From NCBI GenBank assembly GCA_043827405.1, contig JBDRPD010000001.1:489-64488 (forward strand): a DNA stretch of 64,000 nucleotides, written 5' to 3'. The notes beneath the pieces are model-generated. The model did not search any database, was not told where the DNA came from, and saw only the letters and a list, made by a program, of their open reading frames with translations. The stretch is from Elusimicrobiota bacterium. Lineage in GTDB: Bacteria; Elusimicrobiota; Elusimicrobia; UBA1565. Positions 1-9,248 of this stretch are shown here, one piece after another. Both the position numbers and the translations under genes were made by a program. Numbering within the stretch: position 1 is the stretch's first letter; each line of letters begins with the position of its first letter.

Positions 1-1445
1 TTCGCCTTCTCTTCCGCGGCCTTTTTCATCGCCGCCTCGGCGTTGGCTGTTATCTCCGCACGTGCAGACTTGGCCGCCATAACGCCGAAGATCGCGGTCA
101 AGGTCCCCAGCATGGTGTAGATCGTGCCCTGGCCTTTCTGGCCCATGGCGATCATGGCGACTCCCATCAAGCCAACTATAGCTCCCAGCGCCGCGGCGGC
201 GTAGCCGAAGCCCACCGCTACGGGAAGGAGCCAGGAGAATAATGGGAACTTTCCGAGCAAAGCGCAGATCGTGGCGATCAACAGCATAATGCCCGCAAGC
301 TTGAGCAGTTGGGCCGCCATATCGGACATATCCTGCCACGGGGTGACATTGTTTCCCTTAATACAGTCTTTGTGATTGGGCGACGCGTCGCAGTCTACTT
401 CGTCGCTGCCCGTTTTCCCTTGTCGGTTGCCAAAAGCCTTGCCGCTGTCGGAGGCTTTAAAGCTGTCCATGCCTTCCGAGAGCCCCTGCCCGCCGCTGGA
501 AGTCAGCCCCGAGCCGTCGATCGGCGTCGCATTGCCGCCGATGGGATCCTCCGCCCCGGTGAATGCACCGTCGGCGGTATAGTGCGCCTGCTCGCCGTCC
601 GTCGCGGCCGCGAACTTCGACAGCGCCGCCGACTTCTCGACCTGACGCAGAGCGCTCGCCCCGCCGCTGCCTCCCCGCCCGGTATTGCCGCTCGCCAGCA
701 CCGCACGCGAAGAGCGCTTCCCTTGAGAAAGCTTGCCCTTGTCCGCATCGCCGTCCGGGAGCGCGCCGGCCTTGCCCGCTTTGCCGGCCATGCCCGCCAA
801 TCCGCCGACCGACAGTGAAGCACCGGAAGTCGCGCCGCCGGAGCCAAATGTCCCAATGCCGCCCTTGCCTTCGTCGCCGTCCTTCTTCTTGCCGTCCTCG
901 CCAGCCCCCTTCATCAGGTTTTCCATCGACAGCTTCGCCGCGTCGGCGCCCAATGGCGCCTTGGAAGGATCATCAATCTCGAGACCGGAATCCGGGGCGT
1001 CGGCCGGGGCGTCGTCGGCCTCCGCCATCTCGTGAGCCTGCTCGGCCGAGCCCATGGCGCCTTTATTGGCGCCGGCGAACTGCTCCACCGAGTCCACCCC
1101 CGAAGGCAGATCGGAGCGCATCTCGCCGCCGTCGCCATGCGTCGGCAAATTCATATTGACCGCACTTTCGCGGCCGGAGGCTGCGGGCTTCATGACCTCG
1201 ACGATGCCGTAGCCGGCGCCGACGGCCGCCGCGCCGATCAGCAGGCCGAGCGCGATCGGTGACTTTGTGATTGAAACAATCAAACCGGCGAGTCCCTTGC
1301 CGGCGGCGGCTGAGCCCCCGCCGCCTCCGACCACGGCCGGACCCTGGCCGAGCGCGGATTCCAGCGCCGATTTGGCGGTGGTGGAATATCCGGAGATCGG
1401 CGCGGCGCCCTTTTTCTTTTCTTCCTTTTCTTTGTCGTCAGCCAT
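1..1445 (-). CDS. Membrane-anchored Gly/Ala-rich protein of unknown function, 3'-truncated at the window edge; paralog of 1458..2747
   Basis: Absent from the ORF track (no stop in window); translated by hand from ATG 1445 with GGAG upstream: MADDKEKEEKKKG... TM (PIALGLLIGAAAVGAGYGIV)... SVEQFAGANKGA... SALRQVEKSAALSK... NVTPWQDMSDMAAQLL, then several hydrophobic helices; frame open to position 1. Confidence 0.85.
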   Translation of the reverse strand, partial: MADDKEKEEKKKGAAPISGYSTTAKSALESALGQGPAVVGGGGGSAAAGKGLAGLIVSITKSPIALGLLIGAAAVGAGYGIVEVMKPAASGRESAVNMNLPTHGDGGEMRSDLPSGVDSVEQFAGANKGAMGSAEQAHEMAEADDAPADAPDSGLEIDDPSKAPLGADAAKLSMENLMKGAGEDGKKKDGDEGKGGIGTFGSGGATSGASLSVGGLAGMAGKAGKAGALPDGDADKGKLSQGKRSSRAVLASGNTGRGGSGGASALRQVEKSAALSKFAAATDGEQAHYTADGAFTGAEDPIGGNATPIDGSGLTSSGGQGLSEGMDSFKASDSGKAFGNRQGKTGSDEVDCDASPNHKDCIKGNNVTPWQDMSDMAAQLLKLAGIMLLIATICALLGKFPLFSWLLPVAVGFGYAAAALGAIVGLMGVAMIAMGQKGQGTIYTMLGTLTAIFGVMAAKSARAEITANAEAAMKKAAEEKA

Positions 1446-1457
1446 GGCTTCGCTCCC

Positions 1458-2747
1458 TTACATGACCCGGTTGCGCATGGAGAAATCGATTAAGGCCAGC
1501 AGTCCGGATGAGACCGAGGCTAAAGCGAGAAGCAGCGGCTGGTGCTTGCCGATGGTCAGCGCGATCGCCGCCAGACCGGCCGCGGTGCCGCCCGCCAGCA
1601 TCAGAATGCCGCCCTGGGCCGTCTGTCCGTAAGACATCGCGATGTTAAAACCGATGCCGACGACCAGCATGGCGACCACCATGCCCCCCTTGGCGAGCAG
1701 CGCCGCCGGCTTCTTCATCCCCGCCATCGACAGCATGGCCGCTCCCATGAGCAATGCGTCGGCGAAGAGCAGCAGCATTCTGGCCATGTCGATGAAGCGC
1801 TGCCAGGGCGTTACGTCGACCTTCTTTTTTACCGCCGGAGGGCGGCGTTCGTTGACGTCGACGAAGCGCTTGTTCGTAGGAGGGGTGATAGATGAGCCCT
1901 TGCCGACGGAGCCCTGGCTGGTTCCCTCGCCCAGCGTGCTCGGACCGTCCGCGGCCGCACCAAAAGCCGCGGACTCGCTGGCATGGGCCATTTCGGGCTG
2001 CAGCTTCTTGCCGCCGACCGAGAGCTTGTTGGCATGCTGGAGCTGGTCGAAGGCGCTGACTGCGGTCATGCCGCGGCGTCCGCCGCCGCTCTGGGTGATG
2101 CGGCCGCGGGCGCTGACCCGCTGCTTGCGCCGGCGGTCGCCGAGCTGGGTCCCTTTGAGCTGGGCCGAGGTCGCGGCGCCTCCCCGAGTGATGCCGCTGT
2201 TGATCTTCCGCAGGTTCGCCTTGGCGAGGAGCGCTCCGCCGCCGGCGCCGTCCCGCTGGGTATCCGCCGCCCCTTCGCCGTCAGCTCCCTCAGCGGCGGC
2301 GCTGGCCGCTAATTCGTCGGCGAGTTTTTCGGCGTCAAGACTTTCCGCGGAATCTTCGGTATCCTGCTCGGTCCCTTCCGCACCGGGCGTTGCCAAAGCC
2401 CCCTTATTGGCGTCGTTGAAATAGTCGAGGGAACCGCCGCCCAGTGCATGGTCGCCTTCGGCGGAGTTCGCATTGGCGCGCGCTTTGCCGGTGAAAACCG
2501 ATCCGGAGCGGCCCGGCTGGCCGAAGAACGCGGATTTAATCGCCGGGCCGAAGAGTACTATGGTCGCGACGGCAGCGAGCATGCCGACCGACAGTAGGCC
2601 CATCCCGGCGGGGCTATCCAAAACGGTTGAAACCTGTCCCCAAAAACCGGCTTTTCCGCCGCCGGTTAACCAAGGGATAATTGGCGGGACTTTTCTTTCT
2701 TTTTTCTTCTTTTCTTCCGCTTCCGCGTGGCCGGGCTTAGCGCGCAT
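1458..2747 (-). CDS. Membrane-anchored Gly-rich protein with C-terminal hydrophobic helices (unknown family)
   Basis: Lys-rich N-terminus, one TM, SLDYFNDANKGA, SAFDQLQHANKLS, DVTPWQ motif and about 4 C-terminal hydrophobic segments; start moved from TTG 2765 to ATG 2747 (GGAG upstream, promoter at 2771-2799). Confidence 0.8.
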   Translation of the reverse strand: MRAKPGHAEAEEKKKKERKVPPIIPWLTGGGKAGFWGQVSTVLDSPAGMGLLSVGMLAAVATIVLFGPAIKSAFFGQPGRSGSVFTGKARANANSAEGDHALGGGSLDYFNDANKGALATPGAEGTEQDTEDSAESLDAEKLADELAASAAAEGADGEGAADTQRDGAGGGALLAKANLRKINSGITRGGAATSAQLKGTQLGDRRRKQRVSARGRITQSGGGRRGMTAVSAFDQLQHANKLSVGGKKLQPEMAHASESAAFGAAADGPSTLGEGTSQGSVGKGSSITPPTNKRFVDVNERRPPAVKKKVDVTPWQRFIDMARMLLLFADALLMGAAMLSMAGMKKPAALLAKGGMVVAMLVVGIGFNIAMSYGQTAQGGILMLAGGTAAGLAAIALTIGKHQPLLLALASVSSGLLALIDFSMRNRVM

Positions 2748-2767
2748 ATGCAGAGTGTTCTCCAAGA

Positions 2768-4048
2768 TTAAGCGTAGGCCCGATTGGCAAAACTGTCAAG
2801 GGGATTGCAGGGGATTGCAGGGGATTGCCGGAGACAGCGGTGATGCGACCAGGCGAAAATAGAGTGCGCTATCTTGTTGCACAAAGCAGGGCGGGAATCC
2901 GGATAACGCTGGATTAAGCTGCCGAAAAACAAGGCGCCGCGGCGGCCGTAGCGATCCGGATCCTTAAAGGCATCCGGATCGTTGACACAGCGCTGGTGCA
3001 ATGCATTAAGAATGACATCGAGGTCGCCGTCAAATGAGGTGCAGACCTCTCCCAATGGTAGGTTGAAGCGCGGGAAGCGTTTCATTTCGACGCCGCGCTT
3101 CTCGCAGGCGGTGCGGACATCGACCGAAAGCTGGTAGAGAGATTTCTTGTTCCAGCGTCTGAAGTCAAAAGGCTCCTGGTACGGCTTGCTGCGAAAATCT
3201 TCCGGGACTTTCTCTCGCGTTGTTAAATACGGCACCAGCCGCCGGCGTCCGGCTTCGCTGCGGACAACGACCTCCATCTTTGGAGTCCCGGTCTTCCTGA
3301 AATGGCGGATGAACGGCGCTTGGCCCTTATCGTTCTCGATGCTGTAGATATTGATGGAGAGTTCGCCGGCCTCAATCATGCCGAGGATCAGCTTCTTGGG
3401 GATCCCCTGCAGGCGAATCCACGCCGTGCCGCCCATGGCGTCTATCAGCGAGCCGTCCGCTCCGGCGTAGTAGAAGAAGGTCGCGCCGGGATAGGCGGGA
3501 TTCGCGCTGCCTTCGAGCTCGGCCTTAAAGCGTCCCTCCTGGGCGAGAATCCACTTGTAGAGCTCCTGTTCGGAAGTGCTGCGCGCCAGGGCGGTCGTTT
3601 CTCCCAGATAACGCTCGGCGAGAAAGCGCGCATGATTGGCGTCGGCAAGCTCAACGCCGCAATCCTTGGTGATGCGGCCGGCGGGATAGGGCTCAAATTT
3701 CCCTTGCAGCCGGGTGTCGCTATAGTTCAAGGCGGGGATGAGGAAGCCGTCCTGCGCCAGCAGCAGGACGCCGTGGGGGTTGAAGGCGGCGTCGATGCCG
3801 CTCTTGGACGATACGTCATAGAAGCGTGCCTCGCCGTAGCCATGGAGCGCTGGAATGCTGCTCAGGCTCGGCTCGGAGAAGGCCGGGACCAGCCGGCATC
3901 CGGAATCGAGCCCCATGTAGGCGTAGTTGTCGGCGGCGAGAGGGCGCAGAAACTTGTCGCGGTAGGCGCGCACGGCCGCTGTCTCGCAGGCAGGATCGGC
4001 GTGAGCGGGAGCATTCAGCAATAGCGCCAGCAAAACAAAAACGCGCAT
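2768..4048 (-). CDS. Secreted hypothetical protein
   Basis: Signal peptide MRVFVLLALLLNAPAHA from ATG 4048, preceded by TG-n-TAGAAT 5 nt upstream; no recognisable domain; 3' end overlaps the next gene's promoter. Confidence 0.65.
   Translation of the reverse strand: MRVFVLLALLLNAPAHADPACETAAVRAYRDKFLRPLAADNYAYMGLDSGCRLVPAFSEPSLSSIPALHGYGEARFYDVSSKSGIDAAFNPHGVLLLAQDGFLIPALNYSDTRLQGKFEPYPAGRITKDCGVELADANHARFLAERYLGETTALARSTSEQELYKWILAQEGRFKAELEGSANPAYPGATFFYYAGADGSLIDAMGGTAWIRLQGIPKKLILGMIEAGELSINIYSIENDKGQAPFIRHFRKTGTPKMEVVVRSEAGRRRLVPYLTTREKVPEDFRSKPYQEPFDFRRWNKKSLYQLSVDVRTACEKRGVEMKRFPRFNLPLGEVCTSFDGDLDVILNALHQRCVNDPDAFKDPDRYGRRGALFFGSLIQRYPDSRPALCNKIAHSIFAWSHHRCLRQSPAIPCNPLDSFANRAYA
2771..2799 (-). 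promoter_or_regulatory. Sigma70-type promoter for 1458..2747
   Basis: Minus strand TTGACA-N17-TACGCT. Confidence 0.7.
2801..2830. repeat. Three tandem 10-bp units (gggattgcag x2, gggattgccg) just upstream of the -35 box
   Basis: Read directly from the sequence. Confidence 0.85.
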
Positions 4049-4186
4049 GCCGGATTCTAACATTTGCCGCTTTGGGCCCCGGCGGGCGCGGCCCGGGCGG
4101 ATGGATGCGCCCGGCAAATCAGGCGCCGGTCGTCGTCGCGCCGCCCTGGGTAAAACACAACGTAAAAGTTGTATATTTTACAGGCC

Positions 4187-4525
4187 ATGGGAAACCTGTA
4201 CCGGCGGCCTGTCCGCACCGAGCAAGCGCTGAATGAAGCGGTTGTTTTTGTTAAGAGTGTTCCCAAAAGAGCGGCCCATACGTCGCCAGCGGAGTTTATG
4301 TTCGCCGTTCGGGCGCGACTCGGCCTGTCGCAGGTCGAACTGGCCGAACGACTGGATATGGCGCAGCAGCAGGTACAGCGTTTGGAGTCCGGCAAAGCGA
4401 ACGCGAAACTCGGTACGTGGCGGCGCGTGTTTAATGCGATGCACTGCGATCTGCTGCTGCTGCCGAAGCCGCGACGGCATCTCGGCGAAGTGAGGGCTCG
4501 GCGCGTCCTCGACGGGCAAGAATAG
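4187..4525 (+). CDS. XRE/Cro-type helix-turn-helix transcriptional regulator
   Basis: VRARLGLSQVELAERLDMAQQQVQRLESG HTH_3 pattern; start set at ATG 4187. Confidence 0.85.
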   Translation: MGNLYRRPVRTEQALNEAVVFVKSVPKRAAHTSPAEFMFAVRARLGLSQVELAERLDMAQQQVQRLESGKANAKLGTWRRVFNAMHCDLLLLPKPRRHLGEVRARRVLDGQE

Positions 4526-4531
4526 CCGCGG

Positions 4532-5236
4532 CTACTTGTGAATCAGGAAGACGCTGCCGCCTTTAAGCTGCGTTACCAGCTTGTCGATATGCTTCATGTC
4601 GACCGCGGGGCAGCCCCAGGAGCGGCCGATGCGGCCCTGCCGGCGGGCGTAGGCTTTTGAGACGTACTTGGCTCCGTGCATGACGATGGCGCGGGCGAGC
4701 GCGTTGCTGTTGCTCGCTTCCTTGCCGTGGAGCTTCATGGAGCGGCCATGCTTGCCGCGGTACTCGCCGCCGGTGACGTAGAGGCCGAGCGAGCTCTGAT
4801 GCGTCTGGTTGCGGTTGGAGAACTTCTCGGCGTAGCGCATGCCCGAGCCCGAGCCATGCGCCACCAGGTAGCGCTCGACCTGGCCGTCCTGCATGCGGAT
4901 AACGTGCATGCGCTCCTGGTCGGAGGGCTTGTTGAAATCGATGACCGTCACGTAGCGCAGGTTGTCGACCCGGCGGGCCTTCAGGTAGCGGATGGCCTTG
5001 TCCACCGCCGCCTGCGGGATGCCGGGAAAGCTGCGCTCGATGTGCGCGGAGAGAGCCTTGAACTGATAGGTCGAGCGTACGGCCTGCGGCGTCATGATGG
5101 GCCGCCCGGCGCCGATGGCCGGGACGCCCTCGGCCCGCGCCGCGCCCGGAATAAGAGCGGCGGCCGCCATTGCCAGCGCCGCCGCCGCCCAACGCATCGC
5201 GTTCCGTCCCATGCCCCACCTCCCGGTCCTGCCCAT
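4532..5236 (-). CDS. Murein L,D-transpeptidase catalytic-domain protein (YkuD_2-like), secreted
   Basis: VAHGSGSG, SSLGLY, RAIVMHGA and GRSWGCP His/Cys motifs; signal peptide; start either 5236 or 5197. Confidence 0.9.
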   Translation of the reverse strand: MGRTGRWGMGRNAMRWAAAALAMAAAALIPGAARAEGVPAIGAGRPIMTPQAVRSTYQFKALSAHIERSFPGIPQAAVDKAIRYLKARRVDNLRYVTVIDFNKPSDQERMHVIRMQDGQVERYLVAHGSGSGMRYAEKFSNRNQTHQSSLGLYVTGGEYRGKHGRSMKLHGKEASNSNALARAIVMHGAKYVSKAYARRQGRIGRSWGCPAVDMKHIDKLVTQLKGGSVFLIHK

Positions 5237-5260
5237 GGCTGCTAATAGGCTAATCGGAAA

Positions 5261-5314
5261 TAGGTCCGAAGACCTGTGCATAAGGACTAGGGAATTTCTA
5301 GGCCCAGGGTCCTA
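5261..5314. promoter_or_regulatory. Two 16-bp palindromic boxes (TAGGTC-N4-GACCTG, TAGGCC-N4-GTCCTA) in a divergent promoter region
   Basis: Seen at 5261-5276 and 5299-5314 between the transpeptidase and response-regulator genes. Confidence 0.55.
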
Positions 5315-5414
5315 TATTGTTGCCCTTGGGGCCCAGGCCTCCGGTCGGGAAAATTGTAATGCCTGGCGCATTATTATTAACTATAGGCGTCGTCGCAGGG
5401 AGAGAAGAGGGCCT

Positions 5415-5786
5415 ATGGCATACAAGATTCTGGTCGTCGATGATGAAGACAGTGTTCGCCGCGCCATCCGCCGCATCCTGGAGAGCGACAACTATGAGGT
5501 CGCCGAGGCGGGAAACGGTTTAGAGGCGCTGGAATGGGTGCGGCGGAGCCTGCCCGACCTGATCCTGCTCGATCTCAATATGCCCAAGATGGGCGGGCTG
5601 GAGTTCCTGCAGGCGGCCCGCAAGATCAACGCCAACCTCGCCGTCATCATGCTGACCGCTTCGGTCGATGAGCAGGAAGCCGCCAAGACCATGGAACTGG
5701 GCGCTTCGGACTATATCACCAAACCGGTCGACGTCGATTACCTTCTTTCGAGCGTACAGGCCAAGCTGGCGCTGCAGGGCGGTTAG
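5415..5786 (+). CDS. Single-domain response regulator (receiver only)
   Basis: ILVVDDE, LILLDLNMP, MLTA, YITKP; start ATG 5415 after a purine-rich RBS (the track ORF is over-extended). Confidence 0.93.
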   Translation: MAYKILVVDDEDSVRRAIRRILESDNYEVAEAGNGLEALEWVRRSLPDLILLDLNMPKMGGLEFLQAARKINANLAVIMLTASVDEQEAAKTMELGASDYITKPVDVDYLLSSVQAKLALQGG

Positions 5787-5801
5787 GACGCGCACGACGT
5801 C

Positions 5802-7736
5802 ATGAGCGCCGGCAAGAGCCCATGGTCCGTTCATAGATCGTTCGGCGACGATACGCTCGTATTCCGGCTGCTGATCGCTTTCCTTCTCCTGGTCTTCGCG
5901 GTTTTTCCGCCCGCCGGCGCCCGCTCGGCATCCTGGCCGGTCTATGCGGTGATCGCCCTCTATGTCCTGACGCTGCTGTACTTATTCCGGCGCGAGCGCA
6001 GGCAGCGCGGGCTGCGGGAATGGTCACCGCTGACGGGCAGCCTCATCGATATCGTCGCCATTACCGGGGTGCAGCTTGGGCTGCATGCGGGAGGCAGCGA
6101 CCTCTGCCTGGCCTACGTAATCGCGATTCTCATCTCGGTAAAGCGGATGGATTTCCGGCACAACCTTTCCGTCGGCATCGCCGCCTGCGCGGGGTACGGG
6201 CTGTCGCTGTTTCAGTACACGCATCGCAGCGAGGTCCTTACCTCCGGCTTTCTTATGCGCTTTCCGTTTCTCGTCGTTGTCTCGGCCTTCACCATGCTGC
6301 TGTCGCAGAAGCTTAAGAAGGCGCGGGACGCGCAGCGGGATGCCAATACCCGACTGCGGGAGGTCAACGAAACTCTTGAGGAGAGGGTTCGCAGCGGCAC
6401 CCGGGATCTGAGAAAGGCGGTCGTCCGGCTGCAGCTCATGAACGACCTTATGCAGGACGCGATGCGCCTTGAGAGCCTCGAGCAGTTATGGCCCCTGCTG
6501 TCGGCGCATCTGAAGCTGGCCCTGGCGTGCGAGCGGGCGACCTTCTTCGTGCAGAACGCGCAGGGCGATCTCGATTCGATCTACGCCGACAATATGAACG
6601 AGCCGATTCACCTGCCCCGGGGCAAGGGGCTCGCGGGGGCCGGAGCGAAGCTGAAAAAACCGCTTATCATCAACGACCCCTACAACCACCCGGACTTTGT
6701 GGTCAAGGTGGACGTGCAGAGCGGTTTTCGTACCCAGAACGTGCTGGCCTGTCCTCTGGTGCGGGATGAGGAGGTGACCGGAGTCGCCGAATTCATCAAT
6801 AAGGAAGGCGGCTTCACCGAGGAGGATGCGGAGACCCTGCTCTACGTCGCTCCGGGAATTCAGATCCTATACGACAAGCTGAAGGGCGATACCGATCGCG
6901 GTATTATGCAGGCTTCGCTGACGCAGTCCGAGAAGTTCGCGGCGCTCGGCCGGCTTATGGCGGGGATGTCCCACGAGATCCGCAATCCGCTCACCGCCAT
7001 ACTCGCCAACGCCCAGCTGCTGCTGCGGCGTTCCGGCGTCGAGGGCGAGTCGCGCGAGATGCTCGAGGATATCGAGCACTGCACCAGGCACTGCGAAGAG
7101 CTGCTGACCAGCCTCCTCGTTTTCGCCCGCAAGTCGCCGAAGGAAAAGAGCCCGCATGGGATCGACGGCATCATCGAGCATTCGCTAAAGCTGTTCGGCA
7201 AACGCTTCGCAGTCTCCGGCATCGAAGTAAAGCGGACGTCCGCTCCGGGGGAGCCCGCCGTTATGTGCGACGCCGTCCAGCTGCAGCAGGTCATCGTCAA
7301 TATCCTGGGCAACGCCCAGCAGGCGATGGCCGAGGGGGGCGTCGTGACGCTGACGACGAGCGTCGCCGCGCAGCGCGACTTTCGCGCCGGCCGGGCCCGG
7401 GCCGCCGGGCGCCGGGATTCCGCGACCGATTCACATCCTCCGGGCAGCCTGAAAAGCGTGCTGACCGCCGGCGGCGCGGCCGCTCCCGACACACCCTCCT
7501 TCGTCGTGCTGGATATAGACGACAGCGGGGCCGGGATTCTCCCGGAGGCGCGCGACAAGCTGTTTGACCCCTTCTTCACCACCAAGGAGCCCGGAGCGGG
7601 AACGGGCTTGGGGCTCTCGGTCAGCCGGGAGATCGTGGAGCAGCATGGCGGGCTGCTGCTGTGCGGCGACAACCCCTCGGGCCAAGGCGCGCGCTTTACG
7701 ATCGCGCTGCCGCGGCACCGCGACGCCGCTACTTGA
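5802..7736 (+). CDS. Membrane sensor histidine kinase with GAF domain (NtrB-like)
   Basis: About 5-6 N-terminal TMs, GAF (GFRTQNVLACPL, NKEGGFT), HEIRNPL H-box, NILGNA, DDSGAG, FFTTK, GTGLGL. Confidence 0.95.
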   Translation: MSAGKSPWSVHRSFGDDTLVFRLLIAFLLLVFAVFPPAGARSASWPVYAVIALYVLTLLYLFRRERRQRGLREWSPLTGSLIDIVAITGVQLGLHAGGSDLCLAYVIAILISVKRMDFRHNLSVGIAACAGYGLSLFQYTHRSEVLTSGFLMRFPFLVVVSAFTMLLSQKLKKARDAQRDANTRLREVNETLEERVRSGTRDLRKAVVRLQLMNDLMQDAMRLESLEQLWPLLSAHLKLALACERATFFVQNAQGDLDSIYADNMNEPIHLPRGKGLAGAGAKLKKPLIINDPYNHPDFVVKVDVQSGFRTQNVLACPLVRDEEVTGVAEFINKEGGFTEEDAETLLYVAPGIQILYDKLKGDTDRGIMQASLTQSEKFAALGRLMAGMSHEIRNPLTAILANAQLLLRRSGVEGESREMLEDIEHCTRHCEELLTSLLVFARKSPKEKSPHGIDGIIEHSLKLFGKRFAVSGIEVKRTSAPGEPAVMCDAVQLQQVIVNILGNAQQAMAEGGVVTLTTSVAAQRDFRAGRARAAGRRDSATDSHPPGSLKSVLTAGGAAAPDTPSFVVLDIDDSGAGILPEARDKLFDPFFTTKEPGAGTGLGLSVSREIVEQHGGLLLCGDNPSGQGARFTIALPRHRDAAT

Positions 7737-8778
7737 TGCGGCGGCGCAGCAAGGTCGCGCGCAGGAAGTCCTGATCCGTCGGGTCGAGGGCTTTGCCGGC
7801 CAGCACCTGGATATGGATCGGCTGGACCAGAACAAAAAGCTCATTAACCACCCGCATGTCGGCCGGCATCTTCCAGCCCAAGGATAGGCCCATGCGCAGG
7901 AAAGAGAGGTGGCGCAGAGTTTCCTCGAAGCTGATCGAGCGCGCCTGGGTGAGGATGCCGAGCGAACGGTAGACCAGGTCCTCGAGGCGCAGCTTGCGCC
8001 CGCCGGAAGAGAGCGAAGCGCGCGCTTCGGTTTCCTTGCGGATCAGGCTCTTGACCATCTTGGTGATGCCGCCGATGATTCCCTTTTCGCTCGGTCCCAA
8101 AGTGACGTTGTTGGAGAGCTGGTAGAAGTCGCCCATGACCTGGGTGCCTTCGCCGTAGAGGCCGCGGGCGGTGATCCCGATCTTCTTAAGCGAGGCCAGG
8201 AGGGGGTTGATTTGCCCGGTCATCCCCAGCCCCGGCAGGTGGACCAGGCAGGACGCGCGCAGGCCGGTGCCGGCATTGGTCGGGCAGGAGGTCAGATAGC
8301 CCCACTTCTTGTCGTAAGCGATCTTGAGCCGGGCGCTTAGGTCGTCATCCAGGGCGTCAACGGTCTGGTGCAGTTCCGGCAGGCAGAGGCCGGAGTCGAT
8401 CCCCTGCAGCCGCATATGGTCTTCTTCGTTGACCATGATGCTCAGAATTTCCTGGTCGCCGACCACCACGCCGCGCCGCTGGGGCGAGGAGGCCAGCCGG
8501 TTGCTGATCAGGTGCCGCTCGACGAGAAAGAAGCGGTCGATCGGCTCCACGGTGTCGAGCTCGATGCGCGCCGCCTTGGCCAGCGGCGGGTGCGCGGCCG
8601 CGGCCGCGAAGACGGAGTCGAGCACGGCGCGGGCCGAGTCCGCATCCGCCGTCGGCGGAAAGCGCCGGCCCTCAAGGTTGCGGGCCAGCCGGATGCGCGA
8701 AGAGAGCACCACGTCGTTGTGCGGGCCGGTGGGCCGCGCCCAGCTCATTTTGAACTGGAGCATGTTTTTCAGCTGCAT
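7729..8778 (-). CDS. mcsB: Protein-arginine kinase McsB
   Basis: SSRIRLARN, VNEEDH, YLTSCPTNAGTGLRAS, RGLYGEG; adjacent to mcsA. Confidence 0.95.
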   Translation of the reverse strand: MQLKNMLQFKMSWARPTGPHNDVVLSSRIRLARNLEGRRFPPTADADSARAVLDSVFAAAAAHPPLAKAARIELDTVEPIDRFFLVERHLISNRLASSPQRRGVVVGDQEILSIMVNEEDHMRLQGIDSGLCLPELHQTVDALDDDLSARLKIAYDKKWGYLTSCPTNAGTGLRASCLVHLPGLGMTGQINPLLASLKKIGITARGLYGEGTQVMGDFYQLSNNVTLGPSEKGIIGGITKMVKSLIRKETEARASLSSGGRKLRLEDLVYRSLGILTQARSISFEETLRHLSFLRMGLSLGWKMPADMRVVNELFVLVQPIHIQVLAGKALDPTDQDFLRATLLRRRIK

Positions 8779-9245
8779 TCCTTCTCCAGCGCCTTGAGGC
8801 GGTCGCGCAGCTGCGCGGCTTTTTCAAAGTCTTCGCTCTTGATCGCCTGGCCCAGCGCCGTCTTCAGCCGGGCAAGGGCTTCCTCGGGGGCGAGCGGCGG
8901 CGACTTGCCGCCATGGCTCGTGCAGCCATGAATCTCCTGCAGAATTTCCTCAAGCGGTCCGGCGAAGCTGCGGTAGCAGGCGGCGCAGCCCAGAAAGCCG
9001 CTCTTCTTCAGCTCGGCGTAGCTCAGGCCGCAGCTCTCGCACTTGAGCCGGCGCCGTTCGCCGGGGCTGCGCAGTGGACCGAAAGACGAGAGGAGCGCGG
9101 CGAGCGGGGCGCCGCTTGGACTGGATGGCCCGGTCTCGATCTCGCGGGCGCAGTCGCCGCAAACGCGCAGCTCGCGGACCGTATTGTCCGCCAGCTGGGT
9201 GAAGACTATGCTGGCTTCCTTTTTGCCGCAGCGGGAGCAGAGCAT
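8769..9245 (-). CDS. mcsA: McsA (CxxC zinc fingers plus UVR domain)
   Basis: Four CxxC motifs and C-terminal EDFEKAAQLRD UvrB/C motif. Confidence 0.93.
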   Translation of the reverse strand: MLCSRCGKKEASIVFTQLADNTVRELRVCGDCAREIETGPSSPSGAPLAALLSSFGPLRSPGERRRLKCESCGLSYAELKKSGFLGCAACYRSFAGPLEEILQEIHGCTSHGGKSPPLAPEEALARLKTALGQAIKSEDFEKAAQLRDRLKALEKECS

Positions 9246-9248
9246 GGA

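Noticed and set aside
4187-4525. XRE gene as the antitoxin of a toxin-antitoxin pair
   Set aside because: No adjacent co-oriented toxin-like or Fic ORF
5094-5414. N-terminal extension of the response regulator in the ORF track
   Set aside because: It overlaps the divergent gene and promoter; the receiver domain and RBS indicate a start at 5415
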